A DNA stretch of 64,000 bases, taken from NCBI RefSeq assembly GCF_030028105.1, contig NC_092374.1:188884638-188948637 (forward strand), in the 5' to 3' direction. The translations under genes and the position numbers were made by a program. The DNA is from Mobula birostris. Its lineage: Eukaryota. Below the pieces are notes generated by a model. It made no database searches. It saw nothing but the letters and a program-made list of their open reading frames with translations, and was not told where the DNA came from. Within the stretch, counting starts at the first letter, position 1. Each line of letters opens with the position of its first letter. Of this stretch, positions 50,628 through 63,230 are shown one piece after another.

Positions 50628-53400
50628 ATTTCCTGGAGAACTGAAATTATAGCGGAAAATGCAGGAAACACTCATCAGGTCAGGCAGCATCTGTGGAGAG
50701 GGAAACAGTCTGCTCAGCTTGACAGGTTGTTTCCATTTATCTTGTGCATCTAGTTTTTAGTGTAGAAGAGGGAGAGGTGAGTGATTGGGTTGGAATTGGC
50801 TTATTTTTCTCACATGTATTGAGGTGCAGTGAAAAGTGTGACCTGCATACTGTTCATACAGATTAAATCATTACAGAGTGCATTGAGGTAGAATAAGGTG
50901 AAACAGTAAGAACTACAATGAAAATCCAATGCAGGTAGACAGTGAGGTACAAGATCATGACAACTGTCTCAGGCATGGACTAACTGCCACAAAGCAAGCT
51001 CCACACCTCACCCCAGCCCCACCGTCAGATGCTGGTGCCTCTGTCTGCACTTTGTGCCATGTGGAACAACCAAAGGAATTCTAAGTGAGTCCCAGGCCAC
51101 GCAGACAGGATTGTCACTGGTGTGGAGAGAAGTCTGTGGGTAGGTGGTTGTTGGTAGTGCCCAGAGATCGGTGCTCGCAGACCTGCATGGAGTTGGGGAC
51201 TGGCATTGAGGTTCTCCTCTTGTCGGAGGAATGGGACGTTGGGAAGCATAGAGACGGTGGGAAGGAAACCCAGAGCTTAGAGTGCGGGTGTCTGAAGATA
51301 TCAGCGAGTTGTTGGACTAGAGGAGATTACAAAATAGTGAGGGAGTGATGTTGAAAACAAGAGAACACTTCCAATCTAGGAGGCAATGTATCTTGGTGAG
51401 AGTGAAGATGACAACGCTGTTGTTGTGGAGATGGTCATCCCATAACTCTGGAGCCTGGTGGTGTCTCTGAGTAGATGGTGGGTGTTGGGGTAAGAAGGCA
51501 TTGATCTCTGTAGTTTTAGACTCACCTATAGAAATCTTCAGACTCCCACCACACCTGTTCTGAATTATCTATACAATGCAATGTTCATCAGCTCATTATC
51601 TTCTCCATGCATCCACTGACATTTGGAGATATTTCATATTGGAATTTGGAATTCTGGAGATACTGGGAATTGGGAAGTATATTCTCAATATCCAGTGTCC
51701 AATTGCCCACCTCCTGATCTGTACACAGTGAACACTCCCCATCCTCAGCTCCAACACGATAGGTACATTGGGAAAGATACCTGTACTGTGGAGGGGTAAG
51801 GCAGCCTGGTGAGGGTATTAGAAACGCAGACTGCACAACAGTTATTGGGAAATCTTTGGGTGCAATGAGGCAGGGGAGGGGGTAGTGGTGAATAATTGAA
51901 ATGTGAAAGAGAAAATGATCTGGAAAAGTGATACTGGAAAGGTGTCTTCATTGGGGGGGAAATCAAGAACAAGGGAGAAATCCCCCTGGGTGGAGAGGGT
52001 CAGCAACTTCAAATTCCTGTGTGTTAACGTAGGAGATGACTTATTCTAGGCTCAGCATGTTAAATAAAATCACAGTGAAGGTGAGTCAGTGACTTTACTT
52101 TATCAGGAGGGTCAGATTGTCATGAAACAGTTTGACAAACTTCTACAAATGTTCTGTTGAAAGTATCCTGTGGTTGCATTATGGTCTGATACAGTTATAC
52201 AAACATGCAGGAATGTATGAAACTGCAGAGTCGTGACTCTGTCCAATGTGTCAAGAACACATCACTCTCCACCTTTGGTAGTATTTACATGAGGCACTGC
52301 CTCAAGAAGGCAACATCTATCGTCAATGATCCGTATCATCCAGGCCCAGTCATCTTCTCACGGTCACCATCAGACAGGAGCTACAGCGGTCTGAAATCCC
52401 TCACCAGCAGGTACAAGAACAGCTGCTTCCCTTCAGCAATCAGTTGTTAAACCAACTTGCAAAGAATGAATCACTCCAGATTAGCAAAACATGACCCCTT
52501 TGATCAACTTGCACAAAATTGGACTTTGTTCTTTTTATCTTCATATTGTGTTCTTTCCTGTAAATATTGCACCCAATTTATGCTAGATTAGTTTCCCTTC
52601 TGAAAGCTGTTTCTATGATTGCGGGTGTCCGTGATGCTGCTGCAGGCTTTTCAGTGCACCTGTGCAGACATGTACTTGTCCACATGACAATAAACTACCT
52701 TGACTTTGACTTTGACAAAAGTAGACCTCATCCTGGGATTGCATTTCCAGTACATTTCTTCATGCACAGCCTTCTGGAAGTATAGAACACCCTGAATAGT
52801 GCTGAGGTAACCAATAATCATTATGGACGTGTTCAAACCCCATTTAACTGACTCTATGAGATCCACTTTGGCTTCTCAGGGCATTAAAGAGTGCTCTGTT
52901 TAATTGGACAAGCCCCTCTGCCTCTCAGAGACACTACAGAGAGAAGTACATGATTGAGAGCGTGTCTCTGACAGAACTAGGCTACAATCTCCCCAAAAGC
53001 TAAGAGGCAGCAACTCCCCAGTCCTTCTTCCAGTGCAGAACCCAAACTGATCTCCCATTCTGTTCCCATTCCGTTCACTGTTTCCCCAACATAACCAGCT
53101 CAGACATACCTGAAGTTCATTCTGCAGGTTAAATGTTTATAATGCAGAGAATATCTGCACATATTCACACTGTTTGCTAGATGCAGATATCACAATTCCA
53201 GGGAACAGTCCACTTCACTGTATTCCAACACTACGTGCGCTTAGTCTGCAGTCAGTAGGAGAGACTTGAAACATTAACAATGTTTCCCCCACTGCTGAGT
53301 GCTCTGGCTTTTTCTGGTTATATTTCAGAGAATCGGTGCAGTGAGATCTGCTCAGTGGGTCCAGAGAAATCTGAGAACTCAGAGAACAGGACCTGCTGTG

Positions 53401-56038
53401 TTAAGTGGTGAGCAGTGTGAGTGGTTCAGAGTTGTCTGGTTTGTCAATACATGGATTTAAGATGAGATAAAGTTTCTCAGTGAAACTGTCTGTGTAAGTG
53501 TAGATGTGACACATATTGTCAGCATTGTAAATTGACACTTGGCCCCGCTCGTAATCTAGGAAAACCCTCAGTTTTCGTGGTTTTATTTCCAAATGGGAGA
53601 TGACATTTGGTATCATCGCTGAATTAAAAATGACTCCAATTATCCAGAATCCCTCTGCCAGTGTGTAGATGTCTCCATCCCTGTTTACAGACTCTCTGCA
53701 GACACCCACAACCCAGCTAGTCTTATATCCAACATACCCCTCCCAGTAGTGCCTCCCACGTGTAAAACCCTGTGAACTCAAAACATTTAATCGTTTTTAC
53801 AAAACTTCTTGGGTGACCCTGAAGATTTTGTCTGGTGCTTGTGTACTGCACACTCATCAGATTCTGAGAGAGGACGAGCTGATTGTGAGCTGTATCCGGG
53901 TCCAGCGTCAGCCGCTCTGGCACTGAAACAAAACAGTTATGATCAGAAAACCAGGTGGAACTGCCAGGATCTGAGCTGACAGCGATGACCATCGTCTCCT
54001 CCCTCAGCCCAGGAAGTGTGGAGGGTCTGGTCGAAATTTCAATCCCCACTGCTCCCTCCGTCCTATTTAACACCATACAACGTCACAGCGATTTACTTGT
54101 TACAGGGTAGTTCAATCCCCTTCCTCTGCCCAGCTGACTGTATTCTATTTAAAAACTAAACAGGACAAGCCATGACAGCTCCATTCCTAGTGACACAGCA
54201 GCCCGTGAGGAACTTAAAATTTGAAATGGAGCAAATTCAGCTCCAGATATCAGATGGTATCTTTACTTGGAGCTACGGATCACAGTGTCAGAATATGAGG
54301 CAAGGACTTTGGAATTGAGAGGAGGAGAATTTTTTTTCTCTCAGAGTGGTGAACCTCGGGAATTCTCTTCCGCAGAAGGTTACAGAGATGAAGTCACTGA
54401 ATTTATGAAGGATGTAGGTAGATCAATCTCTGGATGTGAAATCACCCCAGGGTATTGTGAGACATGAGGGATGGTGGAACAGATCTGATGGGCCGAGTGG
54501 CCTCATTTGGCACCTATGTCCTATCATCCATTAGGAGAGAGCAAGGAACAAGACACTGAGTCTGAGGATCATCTATGATTGTGTGTGTGGATCACCAGTA
54601 ATGCTCGTATGCTCCTAAATTTGCTCATAAATGTAGATCATTGTGCTGAATTGGGCTTCAAATGTCTTGAAGGCTTCCACTGGGCTGTTTAACCAGAACA
54701 ACCAGTGGATTGTCTGAGGAAACATTGCTTGGCAGATGCAATGGGTTCAGCTGTAAGCTGCCTCTTTGGAGGCAAAAGTTTGAGCAATATATCTTGCCAA
54801 AGCTGAGGTATCTCTAAGCTGAGTGTCCGAGTCCCTGGATCAGTGATGGAGAAAGGGAAGCAACCTCTACACAGTGTGTCCATCTGGGGGCAGGAGGTGG
54901 GGCGGGGCTGTTGGGGAGGTTCAGGACATTGTTTATGTCAGATCATGGGTATTCAAAGCAGAAATGTGGCACAAACTAAACACATGCCTGATAAGGGGAA
55001 TTACAGAGAAAGAGAATGGTACTTGGGGAGACCACAACTCTCATTTCCTTCCACACTTTGAGATACCTCAACCTTCCTTCAGCCACATCCTCAGGAAGAT
55101 CGACAGACACCACTCCAGGACTGGAAACTGGCAACTCACACCTACAAAGTCAGGGACAGGAATTAGTGACACACATTACCAAAGACTCTGTCTGCACTTC
55201 TCACTGCCTCAGTAAAGCAGCCAACATCATCAAAAACCCCACCCACCCTGTACACTCTCTCTTCTCCCCACCTCTCCCATCAGAGAGAAGGTACAAAATC
55301 ATCAAAGCTCACCACCAGGCTCAGGGAGAGTTTCTATCCTGCTGTTATCAGACTATTGAACATTCACTTGTGAGATATAATGGACTGAAGACCTCTCCGT
55401 CCATCTACCTCGTCATGGCCTCGCAGCTTATTGTCTGTCTGCACTGCACTCTCGCTGTAACTGTAACACTTTATTTCCCACTCTTTTGCTGGTTTCCATT
55501 GTACTACAATACTGTGCAAAAATGTTTGGCGCATTAATATAGCTAGAGTGCCTCCGACTTCTGCACAATACTGTAGTAATTTTATGTATTGCATTGTACC
55601 GCTGTTGCAAAAGAAAAAACACATTTCATGACTTTTGCACGGTACTGTATCTCAGTACTCTGTTGTAAGGATATAATCTGTGTGGAAGACATGCAGAACA
55701 AAGTTTCATGTAACAATAAATCAATTGCCAATATATGTTAGAGCAGCCTTTTCCAACCTTTTTGCCCTGGAGGAATCCTTGAAATAATTTTCAGGTCTCA
55801 GGGAAACCCTGCGTAAAAATTATTATATCTAGAGCTCACGGTACATGATCAGTAAGTTGTGGAGACAATAATCGATAAAAAACTGTCATATGGAAATAAT
55901 CTGTATAGAGGATATGCAAAACGAAGTTTAATGTAACAATAATAAATCAATTGCCAATATACATTAGAGACACAACAGCAACCTGGTCTCAGAATTTCAG
56001 CTAAAATTTACTCACCTCTTCAAAAGTGCTTGAATATC
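53401..56038 (-). pseudogene. TRIM copy D: headless exon 4-5-6 cassette with a +1 frameshift in PRY-SPRY
   Basis: Exons 56038-56016, 55141-55023 and 53922-53401 have intact splice sites. There is an extra base in the T5 run at 53794-53798 and a premature stop at 53723. No exons 1-3 are found between 56039 and 63230. Confidence 0.82.
55745..55880. mobile_element. hAT/Charlie terminal fragment
   Basis: CAGCCTTTTCCAACCTTTTT.. terminus directly after tgttagag, at the site homologous to the hAT insertion in copies A and C. Confidence 0.5.
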
Positions 56039-59000
56039 CTGAGGGGAAAGAGAGAGAATAGAATTGAGTAAAACTGTAGCTGAAAATTTCTGGAAGGAAT
56101 CACAGTGAGAGCTGGAGTATGAAGGCTAAACTCTCAACCAGAGGCAAGACTCAGGAACATTTGATTGCTTTCCATGTTCCATCTTTTCCTGAGTTAGCGT
56201 TGGAGGACTGAATTTAAATACTGTTCCACAGCCAGACCCTTCACTCTGAGGTTACTTCTCTAAATCTTCCAAAATTTTCTTCTCCTCAAGAACTGAGCAG
56301 TTTGAACAGCTGCTTCCCTTCAACCATTCAATTCCTGAAGCAATCAGCAAAACCCAAATCAGTTTAGCGTCACCGTCACCACTGTGATCTCTTGAACTAA
56401 AATGGACTTTGTTGTAATTATATTCTTCCTTATAAGAGTTGTGAATATTTTATTTTTAAGTTGTGTTTATGGAGGAGCCACTTTCTAGGACCAGAAGCAG
56501 CTGCAACTCCTGCCAAAGGGTCTCGGCCTGAAAAGGCAACTGTACTTTTTTTCCATAAATGTTGCCTGACCTGCTGAGTTCCTCCCGAATTTTGTGTGTG
56601 TTGCCTGGATTTCCTGCATTTGCAGATTTTCTCTTGTTTGTCAGGAAATGCTGCAGAGGGTTGCTGACTCAGGCAGTTCTATCATGAGCACTCGCCTCCC
56701 CAGCACTGAGGACAACTTCAAAAGGCGATGCATCAAAAAGACGGCCTCCTTTAGTAAGGAACCTCTCAGCCTGGACATGCTATGTGGCACAGGTAGCAAT
56801 CCAGAGATTACTGCCCTGGAGGTCCTGCTTTTCAGCTTTCTACCTAATTGTCTATATTCTCTTTTCAGGACCTCCCCTCGTTTCCTACCTTCCTGGTTTG
56901 TACCAATAAGCACCATGACTTCAGGCTGTCACTCTCCCCCTTTAGAATTCCGTGGAATCGATGCGAGACATCACTGACCTGAGCCCATGGGAGGCAACAT
57001 TCCATCTGGGTGTCTCTTTTATGTCCACAGAATCTGCTTTCTGGCCCTTGATCTCGCATGATAGTCCTTTCATTCCTGCAATCATCCTTGTGAACCGCCT
57101 CTGGACCCTCTCCAATGCCAGCACAGCTTTTCTAAGACGAGGGGCCCAAAACTGTTCACAATACTCGAGGTGAGGCCTCACCAGTGCCTTATAAACCCAG
57201 AGAGTGTTGAGTCAGTGGAATTCTCTGCCCATGGAAGCAGCACGGGCTACATCATTAAATACATATTTAAGACAGCCAGACTAATGTTTGCGTAGCGAGA
57301 AAATTCAGCTGATCAGCTACGACTCTGTTGATCAAGAAAATAACTTTATTCACCAGATACATTTACATATATTAGGAATTTGCTGTGATGTGTTGGTCAG
57401 GATCTGACATGCAACAGAAAAACAGCAACAATCTGCAATAATATAGAATTATGTGAACAGTAAAGTTAGAAGTTAAATACGTATAAGAAATAAAATGTGC
57501 ATTAATACATAAATAGCAGTTGGTATTTACAATGTAAACAGGATGATAAAAAGTGCTTGAAAGTTTTTACAGTGCAGTGATGGGGGTAATAGACAGGGGA
57601 GGTGTGGTATCTCACTTAGAATGGTTGATCAGATTAACTGTAGTGGGGGAGAAACTTTTTACATGGTGTGAACGGTGTTTGCATGGTGGGCGGCGTCTAC
57701 AATTATTTTTTTTCCTGCCTGCTTTTTTATTCTCAACACATCCAAATACGGGAATACAGGACTGAGAGGCCAAATGATCTACACCTGTTCTTAATCCACA
57801 ATAATGGTATCAGCAGGTTTGTCTTGCGCCCTCCATGTAAAGACACCCTCTGGTCTCTGGGTAATGCCATTTTTCTTGAATTCCTCAGCTGATTTATTAT
57901 TTTGAGCCTGTGGTGACAGGCTTTGTGTAGTCATGGAAGGCCACGGGTAGAAACGTCGTCTCTTTGCTCTTTTCCATAGATACTGTCTGGCCCACTGAGT
58001 TCCTCCAGCATTTTGTGTGTGTGCTGCCGAGGGCTCGGTTGGTCATATTCCTTACAATCACCAGGTGGCAGTATTGCACCTATTGTTGATCCTGAGAAGG
58101 CTGCACACGTGGAATTGATATTGTCACATGTACCGAGACACAGAAAAGGTTGCCTTGTATGCTGTTAAGACACATCAAATATTACACCGTGTATAGAGGT
58201 AGAACAATAACAGAATACAGATTAAAGTTATAAAGTTAACATTTACAGAGAAAGTGCAGTGCGGGTAAATGATAAGGTGCAAGGTACTAACGAGGTACAG
58301 TAGATTGTGACTTACAGACTTAGCACCTGGAAACTTCTGATTCATTAACCTGAACTGTGAATGGGTACCAAGTACTGAACTCCATGTTGTAGGAAATTCT
58401 GACATTGACCCCGGTGTCCTGGCTGACAGTTACTCACTACCACTGTCAGACCTGGTCATACCCATACTGTGTTCTGTGGGGTCTGTCTGCCCAGAGGCTG
58501 CCCGTCTTCTGCACAGCAATCCCAGTCCTATTTCCCAGGGGCAGCAATGACCGATATCAGAGGACATTTGATTATAGTGAGCGGATCGCAGATGTCTGTT
58601 TCTCAGCAGGTGCCTGGAATATCAGAGGACAATCGATTATGTCCTAATTGAATATCAGGGGACCTTTGATTATGGGAATTGGGGAGTATCTCCTGTTACA
58701 TAACTCAAGGAGATCTGTGATTTTCTTTTTGTGAGAATGATGTAATGGTCTTTTGGAGGTCACCTGATGTAATTTTCCCACCGATGTGAGGTCACGTGAT
58801 GACATGTGCACCACGGGTATGCAAGGGAAGACCCCAGATGACGCAGTTAGTTTTTAGTTTTTAGATTTCCAGCTAGAACATCCGTCTACGTCTCCATTTC
58901 TGTTGTGTATTTGTTTTTATGACGCAGTTTCATTTTTAAAATGGTTGTGCATTCTGTTGCAAGGAACAATAGTATTGGACTGGAAATTTTTGCTAGATGT

Positions 59001-59123
59001 ATTGATGTACCTTATTCCAGCAGCAGTACAGGAGAGTGAAGACTTTATCGAAGTACAGGACACAAAGAATTGAGAGGAGTCAGTTTCATTCGGCAGTTTA
59101 ACAAAGGATCAACCTTATTGAGT

Positions 59124-60758
59124 TTAATTAGTCCTTGCTCTTAATAATTTCTCCTTGGGCTCCTCTCACTTCCTCCAAACTAAAGGTGTAGCTATGGACA
59201 CCCGTATGGGTCCTAGCTCTGCCTGCCTTTTTGTTGGCTTTGTGGAACAATCTATGTTCCGTGCCTATTCTGGTATCTGTCCCTCACTTTTCCTTCTCTA
59301 CATCGACGACTGCATTGGCGCTGCTTCCTGCACGCATGCAGAGCTCGTTGACTTTATTAACTTTGCCTCCAAGTTTCACCCTGCCCTCAAGTTTACCTGG
59401 TCCATTTCCGACACCTCCCTCCCCTTTCTAGATCTTTCTGTCTCTGTCTCTGGAGACAGCTTATCCACTGATGTCTACTATAAGCCTACTGACTCTCACA
59501 GCTATCTGGACTATTCCTCTTCTCACCCTGTCTCTCGCAAAAACGCCATCCCCTTCTCGCAATTCCTCCGTCTCCGCCGCATCTGCTCTCAGGATGAGGC
59601 TTTTCATTCTAGGACGAGGGAGATGTCTTCCATTTTTAAAGGAAGGGGCTTCCCTTCCTCCACTATTAACTCTGCCCTTAAACGCATCTCCCCCATTTCA
59701 CATACATCTGCTCTCACTCCATCTTCCCGCCACCCCATTAGGAATAGGGTTCCCCTGGTCTTCACCTACCACTCCACCAGCCTCCAGGTCCAACATATTA
59801 TTCTCCGTAACTTCCGCCACCTCCAATGGGATCCCACCACTAAGCACATCTTTCCCTCCCCCCCCCTCTGCATTCGTCAGGGATCGCTCCCTACGCAACT
59901 CCCTTGTCCATTCGTCCCCCCCATCCCTCCCCACTGATCTCCCTCCTGGCATTTATCCGTGTAAGCAGAACAAGTGCTACACATGCCCTTACACTTCCTC
60001 CCTTACCACCATTCAGGGCCCCAAACAGTCCTTCCAGGTGAGGCAACACTTCACCTGTGAGTCGGCTGGGGCGATATACTGTGTCCGGTGCTCCCGATGT
60101 GGCCTTTTATATATTGGCGAGACCCGACTCAGACTGGGAGACCGCTTTGCTGAACATCTACGCTCTGTCCGCCAGAGAAAGCAGGATCTCCCAGTGGCCA
60201 CACATTTTAATTCCACATCCCATTCCCATTCTGACATGTCTATCCACGGCCTCCTCTACTGTAGAGATGGGGCCACACTCAGGTTGGAGGAACAGCACCT
60301 TTTATTCTGTTTGGGTAGCCTCCAGCCTGATGGAATGAACATCGACTTCTCTAACTTCCGCTAATGCCCCACCTCCCCCTCGCACCCCATCTGTTACTTA
60401 TTTTTATACACACATTCTTTCTTTCACTCTCCTTTTTCTCTCTCTGTCCCTCTGAATATACCCCTTGCCCACCCTCTGGGTCCCGCCCCCTTGTCTTTCT
60501 TCCCGGACCTCCTGTCCCATGATCCTCTCATATCCCCTTTTGCCTATCACCTGTCCAGCTCTTGGCTCCATCCCTCCCCCTCCTGTCTTCTCCTATCATT
60601 TTAGATCTCCCCCTCCCCCCTCCAACTTTCAAATCCTTTACTCACTCTTCCTTCAGTTAGTCCTGACGAAGGGTCTCGGCCTGAAACGTCGACTGCACCT
60701 CTTCCTAGAGATGCTGCCTGGCCTGCTGCGTTCACCAGCAACTTTTATGTGTGTTGCT
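59124..60758 (+). mobile_element. 5'-truncated Penelope-like retroelement (RT + GIY-YIG endonuclease)
   Basis: GVAMDTRMGP, YIDD, FLDL and YYKPTD RT motifs; YCVRC..C..LYIGET..RFAEH GIY-YIG motif; frameshift near the C-run at ~59860; 13-bp TSD aaccttattgagt. Confidence 0.93.
60659..60694 (+). ncRNA. Minimal type I hammerhead ribozyme motif in the Penelope terminal repeat
   Basis: agtc-CTGACGA-agg(gtctcgg)cct-GAAAC-GTC-gact: helix I agtc/gact, helix II agg/cct and intact core nucleotides. Confidence 0.7.
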
Positions 60759-62139
60759 AACCTTATTGAGTCTTTGTTGAAGGAGTAGCCACCTGCATCG
60801 AAGATAACTCTTGCCAAAAGACAAAGGTAGTTCATGCAAAGGTTTGCTCTCTAGAATTTAAGGTCAGTTGTTTTAAGCCGTTTATTTCCTGCATCGTGGA
60901 TCCTTTGGACAGAACCAGCAGGAAAGTCACGTCTATGAAGAAATCCTTCTCCAGAGAAGTCTCTCCCAATTGAATCTATAAATCTGTTGGACTTTCGAAT
61001 TTACCATTTTAATAACTATATCTGACTTTACCGCTTTAAGAACTGTTTTTGCATTTAATGCTTTAAGAACCAGTGCCGAGTGATGACTTGTTGAACGGCT
61101 GCATTAGCGGTTAACTTGCGGTTAAGGTTTTTGTTTGTTTTTTTTACTGTTTATCCGTGTTCGATAAATGTTTGGTTGTTTTTATATAACCTGTCTCGAT
61201 TGATATTCATTGTTTGCCAGTTACCTAACACTCCTCAACATCTATTGTCCAATTGCCCACCTTTGGATCTGCACACAGTGAATACTCCTCACCCTCAGCT
61301 CTAACACGCTACATTGGGAAAGATACCTGTACTGTGGAGGGGTAAGTCAGCCTGGTGAGGGCATTAGAAACACAGACTGCAAAATAGTTATCGGTGAATA
61401 TTTGGGTACAACAGTGCAGGGTTGGGGTGAATAATTCAACGGAGAATGATAAAATGATCCAATATAAGTGATAATGGAAAGGTGTCCTCATTGGTGGGGA
61501 AATAGATAGCAAGTGAGAACACCGAAGTGGAGAGGGTCAGCAACTTCAAATTCCTCAAGTAACATACGAGATGACTGATCCTAGGCTCAGCACATAAATA
61601 CAATCACAAGGAAGGTGAGTCAGTGACTTTACTTTATTAGGAGTGTCAGACTGTCGCCAAACATTTTAACAAACATCTACAAATATCCTGTTGACAGTAT
61701 CCTGTGGTTGCATCATGGTCTGACACAGCTATTTGAACATTCAGGAATGTAAGAAGCTGCAGAGTAGTGGACTCTGCCCAATGCATCACTAACACTCCCC
61801 CCCCCCCCACCCTCACCACCACTGGTAGTATTTACATGAGGTACTGCCTCAAGTAGGCAATGTCTATCATCAAACCCCATTCAACTGACCCACCTTGGCT
61901 CCTCTGGGCTTTAAAGAGCACTGTTTAATTGGATCAATCTGTCTGCCTTTCACAGAAACCACGTCGAGATGTCTCTGCCCAAACCTGGGCTGCAATCTCC
62001 CAAAAAGCTGAGAGGCAACAGTTCCCTGTCCTCCCTGCAGAGCTAAACCCAAACCTCCACCTCCCATTTTGTTCCCATTCTGTTCACAGTTTCCCCAACA
62101 TAACCAGCTCAGACACACTGGCAGTTCACTCTGTAGGTT

Positions 62140-62842
62140 TCTCCCCGGTAGGGGGAGAAGATGGCGGTGCGACGGCAGCGTCCGCGGCCACTTCAGTGGT
62201 GATGTCTGTTATCTGTCAAGTAGAGAACTGTGCATAATTCTGATTTGATGGAGATAGACGTAGACAGACGTGAGAACACAGCAGAACATCTGGAAAACTT
62301 CTGAAATGCCCGCTTCGCTGCCGCTGCTACTGTGTGGTAACCGGAATCTCCAGAGCTGAAGGTCCTGAGATCCTCAGCTTTATGTGTTTCAGCAGCCAGG
62401 AAGAGGTCGAAGGTGCTCGGCAGAGGATGGCGCTCAGGAGGCTGTATCGGAGAGGCTGGTCAGAGACTCGGAGTTTTCAGACGGATGGACTAAGAGTCAG
62501 CTGTGGTTAGCTGCTTCCAAGGCATTGGCAAGTTGACAGTGCCTGGAAGTTTATGGCAGGGAGTTTCTCCCTTTTGCTGCTGCTATCGGGGACTCAGGAG
62601 TCAATTTACTCCGGACTTTGAGACTTTTTTTACTGTGCCCATAGTCTGTTCTTTATCAAATTATGATATTGTTTTGCACTGCTGTAACTATATGTTATAA
62701 TTATGTGGTTCTGTCAGTGTCAGTCTTTGGTCTGTCCTGTTATCTGTGATAGCACTCCGGAGAAACATTGTATCATTTCTTAATGCAGGTATGCATTTCT
62801 AAATGACAATAAAAGAGGACTGAGTGTTCTTATAATCTAAAA
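62140..62842 (+). mobile_element. Non-autonomous retroelement-like insertion (~700 bp)
   Basis: Absent from paralogous 3' flanks (13812, 31980, 53130). GC-rich AAGATGGCG head and AATAAAA plus A-rich tail. Confidence 0.6.
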
Positions 62843-63230
62843 AAATGTTTATTACATAGAGAATATCTGCACATTTTTACACTGATTGCTAGATGCAGAT
62901 ATCACAATTCTGGAGAACAGTCCACTTCATTTTATTCCAACAGCACGTGCACCTGAACTGCGGTCAGTAGGAGAGAGTGTGAGAGACAGCTGGGAAGGAG
63001 ACACCGAGTCTAATTTACAGATTAGACATCAATATAAACATCCTCACCTGTCAGTAGTAATGGCAGAGAATCAGTTCTCACATGGTGGTCTGGACTTGAA
63101 ACATTAACTACGTTTCCACCATTGCTGAGAGCTCCAGCTTCTTCTGGTTGTATTTCAGAGAATCGGTGCAGTGAGATCTGCTCAGTGGGTCCAGAGAAGT
63201 CTGAGACCTCGGAGAACGTGTCCCACTGTG

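Larger units (their letters stand above)
58694..61230. mobile_element. Solo LTR (Gypsy-like) interrupted by a Penelope element
   Basis: TGTTA...TAACA termini with 4-bp TSD ctcc (58690-58693 and 61231-61234). Homologous sites at ~30550 and ~51680 are empty. Confidence 0.8.
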
